Below are positions 17,411 to 27,858 of a DNA stretch of 28,959 nucleotides, piece after piece. The position numbers and the translations under genes were made by a program. Source of the stretch: Armatimonadota bacterium (GTDB taxonomy: Bacteria > Armatimonadota > UBA10988); assembly GCA_016235455.1 (NCBI GenBank), contig JACRKZ010000028.1:1-28959 (forward strand). Reading direction: 5' to 3'. Within the stretch, counting starts at the first letter, position 1; every line of letters begins with the position of its first letter. A model generated the notes under the pieces. It ran no database searches, was not told the DNA's origin, and saw only the letters and a program-made list of their open reading frames with translations.

Positions 17411-17478
17411 ACCCGCGCACCACGCCGGCGATTCTGCTATTCTTGGCCGACTCCCGAGTCGGACAAGGAGACGGACCC

Positions 17479-18588
17479 ATGGCAGAGCGCGTGAAGGTGG
17501 GTGTGGTTGGTTGCGGCGCCATCAGTGGCGCCTACCTGTCGATGGCCAAGAACCTGCCGATCCTCGATATGGCGGCGGTGGCGGACATCGACACGGCCAA
17601 GGCGCAGGCGCGCGCCGACGAGTTCGGTGTGCCGCGCGTCCTGTCGGTCGAGCAACTGCTGGCCGACCCCGAGATCGAGGTCGTGCTGAACCTGACCGTG
17701 CCCAAGGCGCATGTGGCCATTGGCCTGGCGGCGATTGAGGCCGGCAAGCACACATTCGCCGAGAAGCCGCTGGGCGTGGACCGCGCCGAGGGCCGCTTGT
17801 TGCTGGCCGCGGCCAACGCCAAGGGCTTGCGCGTCGGCTGCGCGCCGGACACCTTCCTGGGCGCCGGCCTGCAGACCTCGGCCAAGGCTGTGCGCGACGG
17901 GCTCATCGGTCGGCCGTTGGCCTTCACCGCGTTCATGATGTGCCGCGGCCATGAGAGCTGGCACCCCAGCCCCGAGTTCTACTACGAGGTCGGCGGCGGT
18001 CCGATGTTCGACATGGGCCCCTACTACCTGACCGCGCTGCTCAACCTGATGGGCCCGGTCAAGCGCTTTGTGGGCGGCGCCTCCATCGCCATCCCCGAGC
18101 GCCTGATCACCAGCCAGCCCAAGCACGGCAAGCGCATCACGGTGGACACGCCCGACCATGTGACGGGCATCATGGAGTTCGAGAACGGCGCCGTGGGCAC
18201 GATCATCCAGACCTTCGCCACGCAGTTCGCGACGGCCGGCCCGCCGATCACCCTGTACGGTGAAGAGGGCACGCTGATGGTGCCGGACCCCAACGGGTTC
18301 GACGGCGAAGTGAAGGTGCGCAGAGCGGGCGATGACGACTGGCAGGTGGTGCCGCACGCCTATCCCACCGGCTACGGCCGCGCCGTGGGCCTGGCCGACA
18401 TGTGCACCGCCATCCGCGGCTCAGGCCGTGCGCACCGCTGCTCGGGCGAGCAGGCCTTCTACGTTCTCGACCTGATGCAGGGCTTCCTGGACTCCTCGGC
18501 GGCGGGCGCCTATCGCCAACCGGAGCTGGCCTATGCGCCGGCGGCCCCGATGCCCACCGACCTGCCGTACGGTACGTTGGACGCTTAG
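17479..18588 (+). CDS. Gfo/Idh/MocA family oxidoreductase
   Basis: VGVVGCGAIS, GKHTFAEKP, APDTFLG, ESWHPSPEFYY and GGGPMFDMGPYY. AAGGAG SD; TGCTATTCT extended -10 at 17435. Confidence 0.93.
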   Translation: MAERVKVGVVGCGAISGAYLSMAKNLPILDMAAVADIDTAKAQARADEFGVPRVLSVEQLLADPEIEVVLNLTVPKAHVAIGLAAIEAGKHTFAEKPLGVDRAEGRLLLAAANAKGLRVGCAPDTFLGAGLQTSAKAVRDGLIGRPLAFTAFMMCRGHESWHPSPEFYYEVGGGPMFDMGPYYLTALLNLMGPVKRFVGGASIAIPERLITSQPKHGKRITVDTPDHVTGIMEFENGAVGTIIQTFATQFATAGPPITLYGEEGTLMVPDPNGFDGEVKVRRAGDDDWQVVPHAYPTGYGRAVGLADMCTAIRGSGRAHRCSGEQAFYVLDLMQGFLDSSAAGAYRQPELAYAPAAPMPTDLPYGTLDA

Positions 18589-19937
18589 GGCAGTTCTCGG
18601 CGCCAGGCGGTCACCAAGTCGCGCAGCCGGCCGGTGACCGCCTGCTCCTTGGCGGCCACGTCCGTCGTCTCATTGCGGTCGGCCGCCAGGTCGTACAACT
18701 CGGCCCCGCCGCCGTCGGCGTTGCACAGCAGCTTCCACTTGCCCTGCCGCACCGCCAGCACCGGGCTACGGTCGCGGCCCTGAGGGTAGGCGAAGGCCGT
18801 CGCGTTGCGCCCATACTCAAAGTACAGCGTCCGCTCGCCCGTCTGCCCGCCGCCCAGCAACACGGTGCTCTGGTCGCGGCCATCGAGCCTGGCCGTGGCC
18901 GGCAGGCTGGCGCCGGCCACGGCGCACAGCGTGGGGAACAAGTCCACCGCGTGCAGCACCGACGCGTCATCGACCCGACCGGCAGGCACATGGCCGGGCC
19001 AGCGGGCCACGAACGGCATGCGGATGCCGCCCTCGTACAGGCCCAGCTTGCTGCCGCGCAGCCCCGCCGAGCGCCGGCCGCCGAAGGTCGGCAGGGCGCC
19101 GTTGTCGCTGGTGAACAGCAGTAGCGTGTTCTGCTCCTGGCCCAGCGCGCGCAAGCCCGTCAGCAAGCGGCCGATCTGCCGGTCGTACTCGTCCAGCACG
19201 GCGGCGAACCGGCGTTGCTCCGGCGGACCTTCGGGGTAGCTGGCCAGGCGGTCGTCGCTGGGCACGAACGGCGTGTGCGTGTCGTCGGGCCAGAGGTTCA
19301 CGTAACAAGGCTGGTCGGGATGCCGCTTGAGGAAGTCGAGCGTCTTGTCGACGAAGAAGCCGGTCCGGTCGTAGCGCTTGACCTTGTCGCTGGGCGCCCA
19401 GATCCAGTCGGTGGAGGTGATGTCCGGGTGGGGCTCGGGGCTCTCCCAGGTACTCGCGTTCTCGTCGAAACCGTAGGCGGCGAACTTCGGCGCGTCGCGC
19501 ACGTCGCGGCCGCCGCCCATATGCCACTTGCCGAAATGCGCGGTGGCATAGCCGGCCGCCTTGAGTGCGCGCGCCAGCGAAGGCGCGGCGGGATCGAGGT
19601 AGTCGGCCTGACCGCAGGCGGCATTGCCCGCGCGAGTCTGCAGGTAGCTGGTGATGCGCCAACGGCCGGGGTACATGCCGGTGGTCAGCCCGGTGCGCGA
19701 GGGCGAGCAGATGGGCGAAGCGCTGTAGTACTGCTGGTAGCGCGTGCCTTCGGCGGCGAGTTGGTCAAGGTTGGGCGTCGGCGCGAACCGGCCGCCGTAG
19801 CAGCCGACATCACCCCAGCCCATATCGTCGGTCAGGATGAGGATGATGTTGGGCGCTCGCGTTGCCGCGCCGGCGCGGGCCGCGAGCGAGGCGGCGCCCG
19901 CCGCGGCCACCGAACGCAGGAAGTGCCGGCGGTCCAT
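18585..19937 (-). CDS. Tat-exported formylglycine-type sulfatase
   Basis: Tat motif DRRHFL; PNIILILTDDMG, CSPSR, GKWH, SDNG, GSK..LYEGGIR and ELYDL. GAGGAG SD. Its stop overlaps the Gfo stop (TTAG). Confidence 0.93.
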   Translation of the reverse strand: MDRRHFLRSVAAAGAASLAARAGAATRAPNIILILTDDMGWGDVGCYGGRFAPTPNLDQLAAEGTRYQQYYSASPICSPSRTGLTTGMYPGRWRITSYLQTRAGNAACGQADYLDPAAPSLARALKAAGYATAHFGKWHMGGGRDVRDAPKFAAYGFDENASTWESPEPHPDITSTDWIWAPSDKVKRYDRTGFFVDKTLDFLKRHPDQPCYVNLWPDDTHTPFVPSDDRLASYPEGPPEQRRFAAVLDEYDRQIGRLLTGLRALGQEQNTLLLFTSDNGALPTFGGRRSAGLRGSKLGLYEGGIRMPFVARWPGHVPAGRVDDASVLHAVDLFPTLCAVAGASLPATARLDGRDQSTVLLGGGQTGERTLYFEYGRNATAFAYPQGRDRSPVLAVRQGKWKLLCNADGGGAELYDLAADRNETTDVAAKEQAVTGRLRDLVTAWRRELP

Positions 19938-19954
19938 GGCGTCTCCTCGGAGCC

Positions 19955-20439
19955 TCAGCCCAGCGGCTGGAACACCTCGAGCTGGTACCCATCGTCGACG
20001 TCCTGGCGCGTGTCGTAGACTTCGATGACCGGCGCGCCACGGTTGGGTCCGAGTTCGTGCGGGTGCATCTCGACCCACTGCTGGATCGCCGCGTAGGTGG
20101 ATCCGATCTGGCCCACATCGCCCACTTGCACCGCCCGCAGGTAGCGGCCGGCCGGCACCGTGACTGCGGTGAGCCCGTCGGGCAAGCCGGCGCCACTAGC
20201 CACCTGCACGCCAACCAGGTACTGCCGGCACTCACCCTCGGCGGCGGTGTGCCACAGGCCGAGGATGCGAGCCGGATCGACCTGATCGGGGGAGCCGGAT
20301 CGACCTGATCGGGGATGGTGGCCAGCCGCCGCGCAAAGGCGATCCAACCATAGAGGATCAACGCGGGGTTCTGGCAGGTTGCCGGCAGATCCAGCCCGGC
20401 CACGGTGAACTCACCCAGTTCGACGACTTTCGGCTCCAT
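19955..20439 (-). pseudogene. GyrI-like small-molecule-binding protein frameshifted by a 23-bp duplication
   Basis: The N-half (MEPKVVELGEFTVAG...PDQVDPA) and C-half (PDQVDPARILG...LPDGL..VTVPAGRY...IEVYD...LEVFQPL) are in different frames. Removing one 23-bp copy gives an intact 153-aa ORF. Confidence 0.88.
20269..20314. repeat. Exact 23-bp tandem duplication
   Basis: GAGCCGGATCGACCTGATCGGGG at 20269-20291 and again at 20292-20314. Confidence 0.97.
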
Positions 20440-20448
20440 ACGCCTACC

Positions 20449-22485
20449 TCAATCCAAGCCGCGACCAATACCAGCCCTGGGCCCCGCCGAACGCATGAAA
20501 GAGGCGGCCAGAGCCAAGTGACGCATCGCCTCACCCTCTAGTTCGGCGAGATGCGTCAATCGCAGCATCTTTTGCGGCCCAGTATCTGCTTCTACGGCCA
20601 AGCGCGCCAGTACCGATTCGTAGATGCCTCGCGCCGCAGCCATCTCCTGCCTGGCCGGACCGTCGGCCACCGGTGCCCAGTCACCAAGGAATTGCACCGC
20701 CGCCCGGCGCGCGTCGACCAGGGCCCGCGTGGCCAGCCGGTCCAGCGCGTCGCGCCGCTCGACGTCCGCGGGCGGCAGGTCGGCGCGGCCCAGGTCGGCC
20801 CGCCAGGCCTCCAAGGCAGCTCGGCCATACCAGTACTCGCGGCCCGGCAGACCGCCGTCGCCGCGCCGTCTCTCGTGGTTGTCCAGGGCGGCTTCCAGCG
20901 CGCGCCGCAGGCACTGGGCCAGGTCGGGCGGGCGGCGATAGGCGCCGAGGCAGACCTGCAACGCGCCTGTCTTGGTCAGCGATAGCTTGACCGGCTCGGG
21001 CCTAGCGTAGGTGTGCCAGATCAGCGTGCGGCCGCCGTCCTCGTAGCCCACCACCACCGCCATATCCCAGGAGTCAGGGTAGGCCACCACCGGCAGGCCG
21101 GCGTGGAGCGAGTCGATGATGCGCAAGCGTAACGCGTCGAGATCGCGGCCCTCAGGCTCGGCGTAGCTGGCAGGCAGGCTCCAGCCCAGGCCGGCCGCCA
21201 AGGCCCGCTGCTCCTCGGGCAACTCGCCGACCGTGCTCGATGGGCACCACCGGGTGCGCGTCTGGTCGTTGCTCCAGCGCACACGGAAGGCGAGGCCCGA
21301 GAGACCCATGATGTCGCTGTACGCCAGCGGGTGTGCCGTCGGCCGGCTGGCTGCTTCCAGCGCGCCGGCGAAGGTGCAGTCCTTGCCCTGGCCCCAGCCC
21401 AGGTTGGGCACATCCTCGATCAGCAGGCTGTCGCGCGCCGTGGTCAGCCGCGCCGGCTGCACCGCCCGCGCCGCGCGCGCCGGGTCGAGCCTGGCCAGCG
21501 CGCCGAGCAGGCAGCCCATGCCCTGCCGGTAGGCCTCGCCCGCGATGCGCAGCAGGTCGGCCGCGCGCTCGGCCTTGGCCGGATCGGCCTGTCGGTAGCC
21601 GGTCCAGCCCTCGAACACCTTGTCGTGCAGCTCGGCCAACGCCGCGGCCGACGCCTCAAAGCGCTGCGCCGCCTGCTCCAGCGGCTCGCGCGCGTCGGCG
21701 TGGCGCGGTGCGATCTCGCGCAGGAACGGTGCCGCGTGGGCATGGGTGTCGTGGTAGACGCTCAGCGCATAGCGGTCGCCCAGATCAGGCACACGGCCGG
21801 GCGCCGCTTCAAAGGCGCGGCGCCAACCTTCGAAGCAGGAGAGGCCCTGGCGAAAGCGCCACGGCAGGGCTCGCGATGGGGGCAGTTCGAGGAAACGGTC
21901 GCGGCCGGTGTGCGCATGGCGCACCGCCTCTTCCAGTGCATCGAGTTCCAGCGCGCGCAGATCAGGCTCGGCGACGCGGTCGCCGACGAGCATGGCGCCG
22001 CCCACGGGACAGACGTCGCCGCAGGTGGCGAAGCGGGCCCATGGCGCCGCGGCCAGTTGCGCGCCGGTGCCCGACCCACGGCCCAGGAACTGCCGGTTGG
22101 CTTCATCGAAGCCAGCCACCACATCCCACTCGGCGTTGCTGAAGGCGTGGAACAGGATGGTCGATCGGCCGGCCCGGATCTCGTCGCACACGCGGAGGAT
22201 CACCGGCTGGGGATTCCGCTCGGCATCGGCCGGGCAGAGGGCCTCGGCATGGTAGCCAAGCCGGCGAACCAGCGTCAGCGCAGTGCTCGCGAACGAGCAG
22301 GTGGGCGCGCAGGGGCAGGGGCCCGCCAAGCGAAAGGCCGCGCCAGACAGCCCCTGGATGTAGGATGGGGAGTAAGTCTCGCCGCGCTGTGCCAGGACCA
22401 CGCGCGCGCACTCGAACAGCGGGTCGTTCACACGGTACCGGTCGACGGGCACGTTGGTGTTGGCGAAGATGGTGTAGTCGCCCAT
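20449..22485 (-). CDS. Protein with two tandem BtrH-N/peptidase C39-like modules
   Basis: Internal repeat pairs: YIQGLSGAAFR / DIMGLSGLAFR; RVCDEIRAGRS / RIIDSLHAGLP; VVAGFDE / VVVGYED; GLSCFEGW / GRAALEAW. ATG 22485 follows AAGGAGG. Confidence 0.7.
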   Translation of the reverse strand: MGDYTIFANTNVPVDRYRVNDPLFECARVVLAQRGETYSPSYIQGLSGAAFRLAGPCPCAPTCSFASTALTLVRRLGYHAEALCPADAERNPQPVILRVCDEIRAGRSTILFHAFSNAEWDVVAGFDEANRQFLGRGSGTGAQLAAAPWARFATCGDVCPVGGAMLVGDRVAEPDLRALELDALEEAVRHAHTGRDRFLELPPSRALPWRFRQGLSCFEGWRRAFEAAPGRVPDLGDRYALSVYHDTHAHAAPFLREIAPRHADAREPLEQAAQRFEASAAALAELHDKVFEGWTGYRQADPAKAERAADLLRIAGEAYRQGMGCLLGALARLDPARAARAVQPARLTTARDSLLIEDVPNLGWGQGKDCTFAGALEAASRPTAHPLAYSDIMGLSGLAFRVRWSNDQTRTRWCPSSTVGELPEEQRALAAGLGWSLPASYAEPEGRDLDALRLRIIDSLHAGLPVVAYPDSWDMAVVVGYEDGGRTLIWHTYARPEPVKLSLTKTGALQVCLGAYRRPPDLAQCLRRALEAALDNHERRRGDGGLPGREYWYGRAALEAWRADLGRADLPPADVERRDALDRLATRALVDARRAAVQFLGDWAPVADGPARQEMAAARGIYESVLARLAVEADTGPQKMLRLTHLAELEGEAMRHLALAASFMRSAGPRAGIGRGLD

Positions 22486-22496
22486 GCGTTCCCTCC

Positions 22497-22525
22497 TTGA
22501 CACGCTGGCCCCAGGTTGGCATCTT
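22497..22525 (+). promoter_or_regulatory. Sigma70-type promoter abutting the SD of the divergent gene
   Basis: TTGACA-17 bp-CATCTT with an extended TG. Confidence 0.5.
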
Positions 22526-22571
22526 GGAGTAGCCGCGCCGGACTCCTTCCGCGCCGGCCCTGGAGAGTGCC

Positions 22572-23381
22572 ATGCTGCCGATCGTCGACTTCTGTGGTCT
22601 GCGCCTTACGCGCCTGCTGCTAGGCGCCAATCCGTTTGGTGGCTACAGCCACCAGAACGGTGAGCGCGACCGCGAGATGGTCGCCTACAATACGCCCGAC
22701 CGCATCCGCGAGACCTGGGCCCGCGCCGAGGCCGCCGGTATCAACGCGTTCGTCACCAACAACGAGACGCCCCACGTCATCGACACCACCGCCGCCTACC
22801 TGGCCAACGGCGGACAGCTGCAGTGGATTGCCCAGGTCAATCGCAACCAGCAGCCCGATTTCGAATCGGCGCTGGACCGCGTCAAGGAGATCGGCGCCTC
22901 GGCCGCCTACCTGCACGGCGGCGCCATCGACCAGCTCTACCTGGAGCAGGACGCCGAGACGCTGCGCAGGGCCATTGCCCACGGTCAGTCGCTGGGCATG
23001 CCCATGGGCGTCGCCGGCCACTCGCCGCTGACCCATGACTGGGTTAACAGCCTGCGCCTCGTCGACTTCCACGTGGTCTGCTTCTTCAACTGCGGCAGCG
23101 TCCACACCGGTGGCGGCGAGCAGTTCCGGCTGCAGGACCCCTACGAGGCGGTGAAGTGCATCCAACGCATCGCCAAGCCATGCATCGGCTACAAGGTGCT
23201 CGGCGCCGGCCGGCTCGACGCCGCCATGGGCTTCGAGTTCGCCTATGAACACATCAAGCCGGGCGACGTGATCAACGTCGGCATGCACCGCGGCGACCGC
23301 GACGACATGGTCGAGACCAACGTCGCCATCGCCGAACGCGTCCTGGCCAAGCTCGAAGCCCGCCAGGCCGTGCCGGCCTAG
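22572..23381 (+). CDS. Aldo/keto-reductase-fold hypothetical protein
   Basis: LTRLLLGANPF, AEAAGIN, YLHG, GVAGH and GYKVLGAGRL resemble AKR-like TIM barrels. GGAGAG SD. Confidence 0.7.
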   Translation: MLPIVDFCGLRLTRLLLGANPFGGYSHQNGERDREMVAYNTPDRIRETWARAEAAGINAFVTNNETPHVIDTTAAYLANGGQLQWIAQVNRNQQPDFESALDRVKEIGASAAYLHGGAIDQLYLEQDAETLRRAIAHGQSLGMPMGVAGHSPLTHDWVNSLRLVDFHVVCFFNCGSVHTGGGEQFRLQDPYEAVKCIQRIAKPCIGYKVLGAGRLDAAMGFEFAYEHIKPGDVINVGMHRGDRDDMVETNVAIAERVLAKLEARQAVPA

Positions 23382-23407
23382 CCAGGCAGCCCGGACACGA
23401 GGCACAT

Positions 23408-23470
23408 CCGCCCTCGGCTGTGCGTGGGCCGACCCGCGGCCGCACGGCCGAGGGCGGCCGCCCGCTTTCT
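23408..23470 (+). terminator. Long GC-rich hairpin, probable terminator or REP-like element
   Basis: CCGCCCTCGGCTGTGCG (23408-23424) pairs with CGCACGGCCGAGGGCGG (23441-23457) with one G-U pair. A short TTTCT follows. Confidence 0.45.
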
Positions 23471-23534
23471 GCTTGGGTTATGGCTTGCCAGATGCCGGAC
23501 ACAAACGTTACCATGAGCCTTGGAGGTGCACATC

Positions 23535-24578
23535 GTGGCTGATCTGATGAAAGCGTTGGTGAAGCGACAGCGGGCCGAAGGGCTCTGGCTGGACGAGGTG
23601 CCGGTACCCGAAATCGGCATCAACGATGTGCTGATCAAGGTTCTGCGCACGGGCATTTGCGGCACGGATGTGCACATCTACAACTGGGACGAGTGGGCCC
23701 AGGCGACGATCCCCGTGCCCATGGTCGTCGGCCACGAGTTCGTCGGACGCGTGGTGACCGTGGGCGCCAATGTCAACGACTTCCATCCCGGCGACCTGGT
23801 CAGCGGCGAGGGGCATGTGGTCTGTGGCCGCTGCCGCAACTGCATGGCCGGCCGGCGACATCTGTGCAAGGACACCATCGGCCTGGGCGTGAACCGGCCG
23901 GGCGCGTTCGCCGAGTATGTGGCGCTGCCGCAGACCAACGTCTGGCTGCAAGATGAGGCGCTGGACCGCGACGTGCAGGCCATCTACGATCCGTTCGGCA
24001 ATGCCGTGCACACCGCGCTGGCGCATCCCGTGCTGGGCGAGGACGTGCTCATCACCGGCGCCGGGCCTATCGGCTGCATGGCCGCGGCGGTGGCCAAGCA
24101 CGCCGGCGCGCGGTTCGTGGTGGTCACCGACCTCAACCCCTACCGCCTCGAACTGGCCCGACGCCTTGGCGCCGACGTGACCGTGAACGTGCGCGAGGAG
24201 AAGCTCGAGGAGGTGCAGGAGCGGCTGGGCATGAAGGAAGGCTTCGACGTCGGCCTGGAGATGTCGGGCAACCCGTCGGCCTTCCGCTCGATGCTGGCCA
24301 ACATGTGCCACGGCGGCAAGATCGCCATGCTCGGCATCCCCACCGAGGACATCGCCATCGACTGGAAGACCGTGGTCTTCAACATGCTGACCATCAAGGG
24401 CATCTACGGCCGCGAGATGTATGAGACGTGGTACAAGATGACCGTCATGCTGCACAGCGGCCTGGACCTGAGCCCCATCGTCACGCACCGCTTTGGCTAC
24501 CAGGACTTCGAGGCCGGCTTCGAAGCCATGCGCTCGGGCAACTCGGGCAAGGTCGTCCTGACCTGGGCGGAGGATTGA
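23535..24578 (+). CDS. tdh: L-threonine 3-dehydrogenase
   Basis: [27 protein letters not shown], Zn motif CGRCRNC..C, GAGPIG and [15 protein letters not shown] 23535 follows GGAGGTG (alternative start ATG 23547). TTGCCA-18-TACCAT lies upstream. Confidence 0.97.
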   Translation: MADLMKALVKRQRAEGLWLDEVPVPEIGINDVLIKVLRTGICGTDVHIYNWDEWAQATIPVPMVVGHEFVGRVVTVGANVNDFHPGDLVSGEGHVVCGRCRNCMAGRRHLCKDTIGLGVNRPGAFAEYVALPQTNVWLQDEALDRDVQAIYDPFGNAVHTALAHPVLGEDVLITGAGPIGCMAAAVAKHAGARFVVVTDLNPYRLELARRLGADVTVNVREEKLEEVQERLGMKEGFDVGLEMSGNPSAFRSMLANMCHGGKIAMLGIPTEDIAIDWKTVVFNMLTIKGIYGREMYETWYKMTVMLHSGLDLSPIVTHRFGYQDFEAGFEAMRSGNSGKVVLTWAED

Positions 24579-24580
24579 GC

Positions 24581-25924
24581 ATGCGCCGTCGAACCGACTG
24601 GGCCGTGGGTCTGCTGCTTTTGCTGGCCAGTGGGCTGTGGGCCAAGCCGGCCGACTACGTGGTGGTCGTCTCCGAGCGCACGGCGGCCACCGCTGGCTGG
24701 CGCGACGTCGTCGCCACGCTGGCCAAGCGGCACCATGCCCAGACGCTCACCTGGGCCAAGGGCGTGGACGACGCCGCGCCGGCGCTCAAGACCGCATTCC
24801 CGCGCTATGCCTGCTTCGTGGCACAGTCCGATGAGTGCGGCAAGGATTTTGTTGAGCGCGTCCACGCGATGACTCGCGCCTTCGACGACGACCCCTACAC
24901 CGACTGCTTCTGGGGCATCGTCACCGGCTACGACGCCGCGGCGGCGCTGCGCATCGCGCGGCAGGACAAACCGCTGACCGTGCGCCGCGCCGCCGCGGCC
25001 ACCGAGATCGCGCTGGACTGCTGCCAGGAGGGCCTGTGGTACTGTGAACTGAACCAGGGCAAGCTGGTGCGCCGGGCCAAGGGCGGCCCGCCGGTCGTCG
25101 AGAAGGTGCCCGGCGATACCACCGAAGCGCTGGCCAAGGCGCTGAGCGACTATCGGCCCGACCTGTTCGTCACCTCCGGCCACGCCAGCGAGCGCGACTG
25201 GATGATCGGTTACAGCTACCGCAACGGCTTCTTCCGATGCGAGAAGGGCCAGCTCTACGGGCTCGATACGCAGCAGAAGCGCATCGCCATCAACTCACCC
25301 AATCCCAAGGTCTACCTGGCCGTGGGCAACTGCCTGATGGGCCACGTGGACGGCCCCGACGCCATCGCCCTGGCCTGGATGAACAACGCCGGCGTGGACC
25401 AGATGGCCGGCTACACGGTCACCAGTTGGTACGGCTACGGCGGCTGGGGGCTGCTGGACTACTTCGTCGAGCAGCCGGGCCGCTACAGCCTGACCGAAGC
25501 CTTCTTCGCAAACCAGGCGGCGCTCATCTGGCGGCTGGGCCTGCCGGGCACCACCGAGGCCGACCGTCGCGGGCTGACCTACGACAAGGACGTACTGGCC
25601 TTCTACGGTGATCCCGCCTGGGTGGCCAAGATGGCCGATGGCCCGCTCACCTATGAGCAGGCGCTGACCGCTTTCGGTCGGGACTACGCACTGACCATCA
25701 CGCCCAAGCGCGGTGCCGAATCCTACGCGACGGTGAACAAGAACGGCTCGCAGCGCGGCGGCCGGCCGATCATCGCCTGGCTGCCAAAGCGCGTGGGCAA
25801 CATCAAGGTCACCGGTGGCGCGGAACTGGGCGCGGTGGTCACCGACACCTTCGTGCTGGTGCCCCGACCCGAGCAGACCAGCCAACCGGTCCGCCTGACC
25901 TTCACCGCCGACCCGGTCGAGTAG
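24581..25924 (+). CDS. Secreted protein, putative clan CD (peptidase C25/gingipain-like) fold
   Basis: Signal peptide MRRRTDWAVGLLLLLASGLWA; motifs DDDPYTD..WG, LFVTSGHA, VYLAVGNC and AFYGDP. Confidence 0.6.
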   Translation: MRRRTDWAVGLLLLLASGLWAKPADYVVVVSERTAATAGWRDVVATLAKRHHAQTLTWAKGVDDAAPALKTAFPRYACFVAQSDECGKDFVERVHAMTRAFDDDPYTDCFWGIVTGYDAAAALRIARQDKPLTVRRAAAATEIALDCCQEGLWYCELNQGKLVRRAKGGPPVVEKVPGDTTEALAKALSDYRPDLFVTSGHASERDWMIGYSYRNGFFRCEKGQLYGLDTQQKRIAINSPNPKVYLAVGNCLMGHVDGPDAIALAWMNNAGVDQMAGYTVTSWYGYGGWGLLDYFVEQPGRYSLTEAFFANQAALIWRLGLPGTTEADRRGLTYDKDVLAFYGDPAWVAKMADGPLTYEQALTAFGRDYALTITPKRGAESYATVNKNGSQRGGRPIIAWLPKRVGNIKVTGGAELGAVVTDTFVLVPRPEQTSQPVRLTFTADPVE

Positions 25925-25936
25925 AGGAGCAAGAGC

Positions 25937-27123
<1,187 letters not shown>

Positions 27124-27127
<4 letters not shown>

Positions 27128-27825
27128 GCACCTGCACGCTGCGATCGTATGAGCCGGGCGACCGTCAGGCCGTGACGGACATCCAGTTGGCCACGCTCTG
27201 CATGGGCCAGCCACTGCCTTTCCCGGTGCAGGATATCGAGGTGCTGCTGGGGCTGTTCACCGACTACTTCGTGGAGTGTGAGCCCGAGTTGGCGCACGTC
27301 GCCATCGACCCGGCAGGTCGCGTGGCGGGCTACCTGCTGTGCGCCCTGCACCCAGAGCGCGAGGACGCCTGGCGCCGCACCCGCTTGATGGCCATCGCGC
27401 GGCTCTGGGCGCGCCGCTGGCGCCGCTACGACGCCTTCACCCGCCTCTACTACCGGCTGCGTTTGCGCGACACCTGGGAGGTCATCAGACACCCCGAGCC
27501 GGCGCTGCCGGCGGTCTGCCACTGGAACATGCTGCCCCATGTGCGGTCCTCCGTCTCGCAGCAGATGCAGTGGCAAACCGCCACGGCCTGCCTGGCGCAC
27601 GGCGTGGACTATTACGGCGGCGGTCTGACGGTCGCGGAACGACACCTCAAGACGGCCTGGAAGTTCGTCGGCGGAGAGATGCTGGCCAGCGCGCCGCACC
27701 ACACGCTGACCGTGCTCACCGGTCAGCCCATCTACCGCATTACGCTGCGCATCGACGCCCGCGCCATCCTGACCAACGTCGGCTCACGACCGCCCGAACC
27801 TGAAGTGGCGCCGGCCAGAGCATGA
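27124..27825 (+). CDS. GNAT-fold protein (degenerate acetyl-CoA motif)
   Basis: TTG start overlaps the kbl [25 protein letters not shown]...GRVAGYLL and HWNMLP motifs. Confidence 0.65.
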
Positions 27826-27858
27826 CGCTATGCTTGGGGCGACCTAAGGAGTCGACCC

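Noticed and set aside
16858-17478. Apparent 576-aa Gfo protein overlapping dnaA
   Set aside because: The extension is an open shadow frame. The true start is ATG 17479, with an AAGGAG SD and its own -10.
1849-18588. Myo-inositol pathway made of the glucuronokinase, TIM-barrel isomerase and Gfo/Idh/MocA
   Set aside because: The genes are unlinked, the families are very broad, and no inositol oxygenase or iol genes are present.
20269-20314. Programmed ribosomal frameshift in the GyrI-like gene
   Set aside because: No slippery heptamer is present, and the duplication fully explains the shift.
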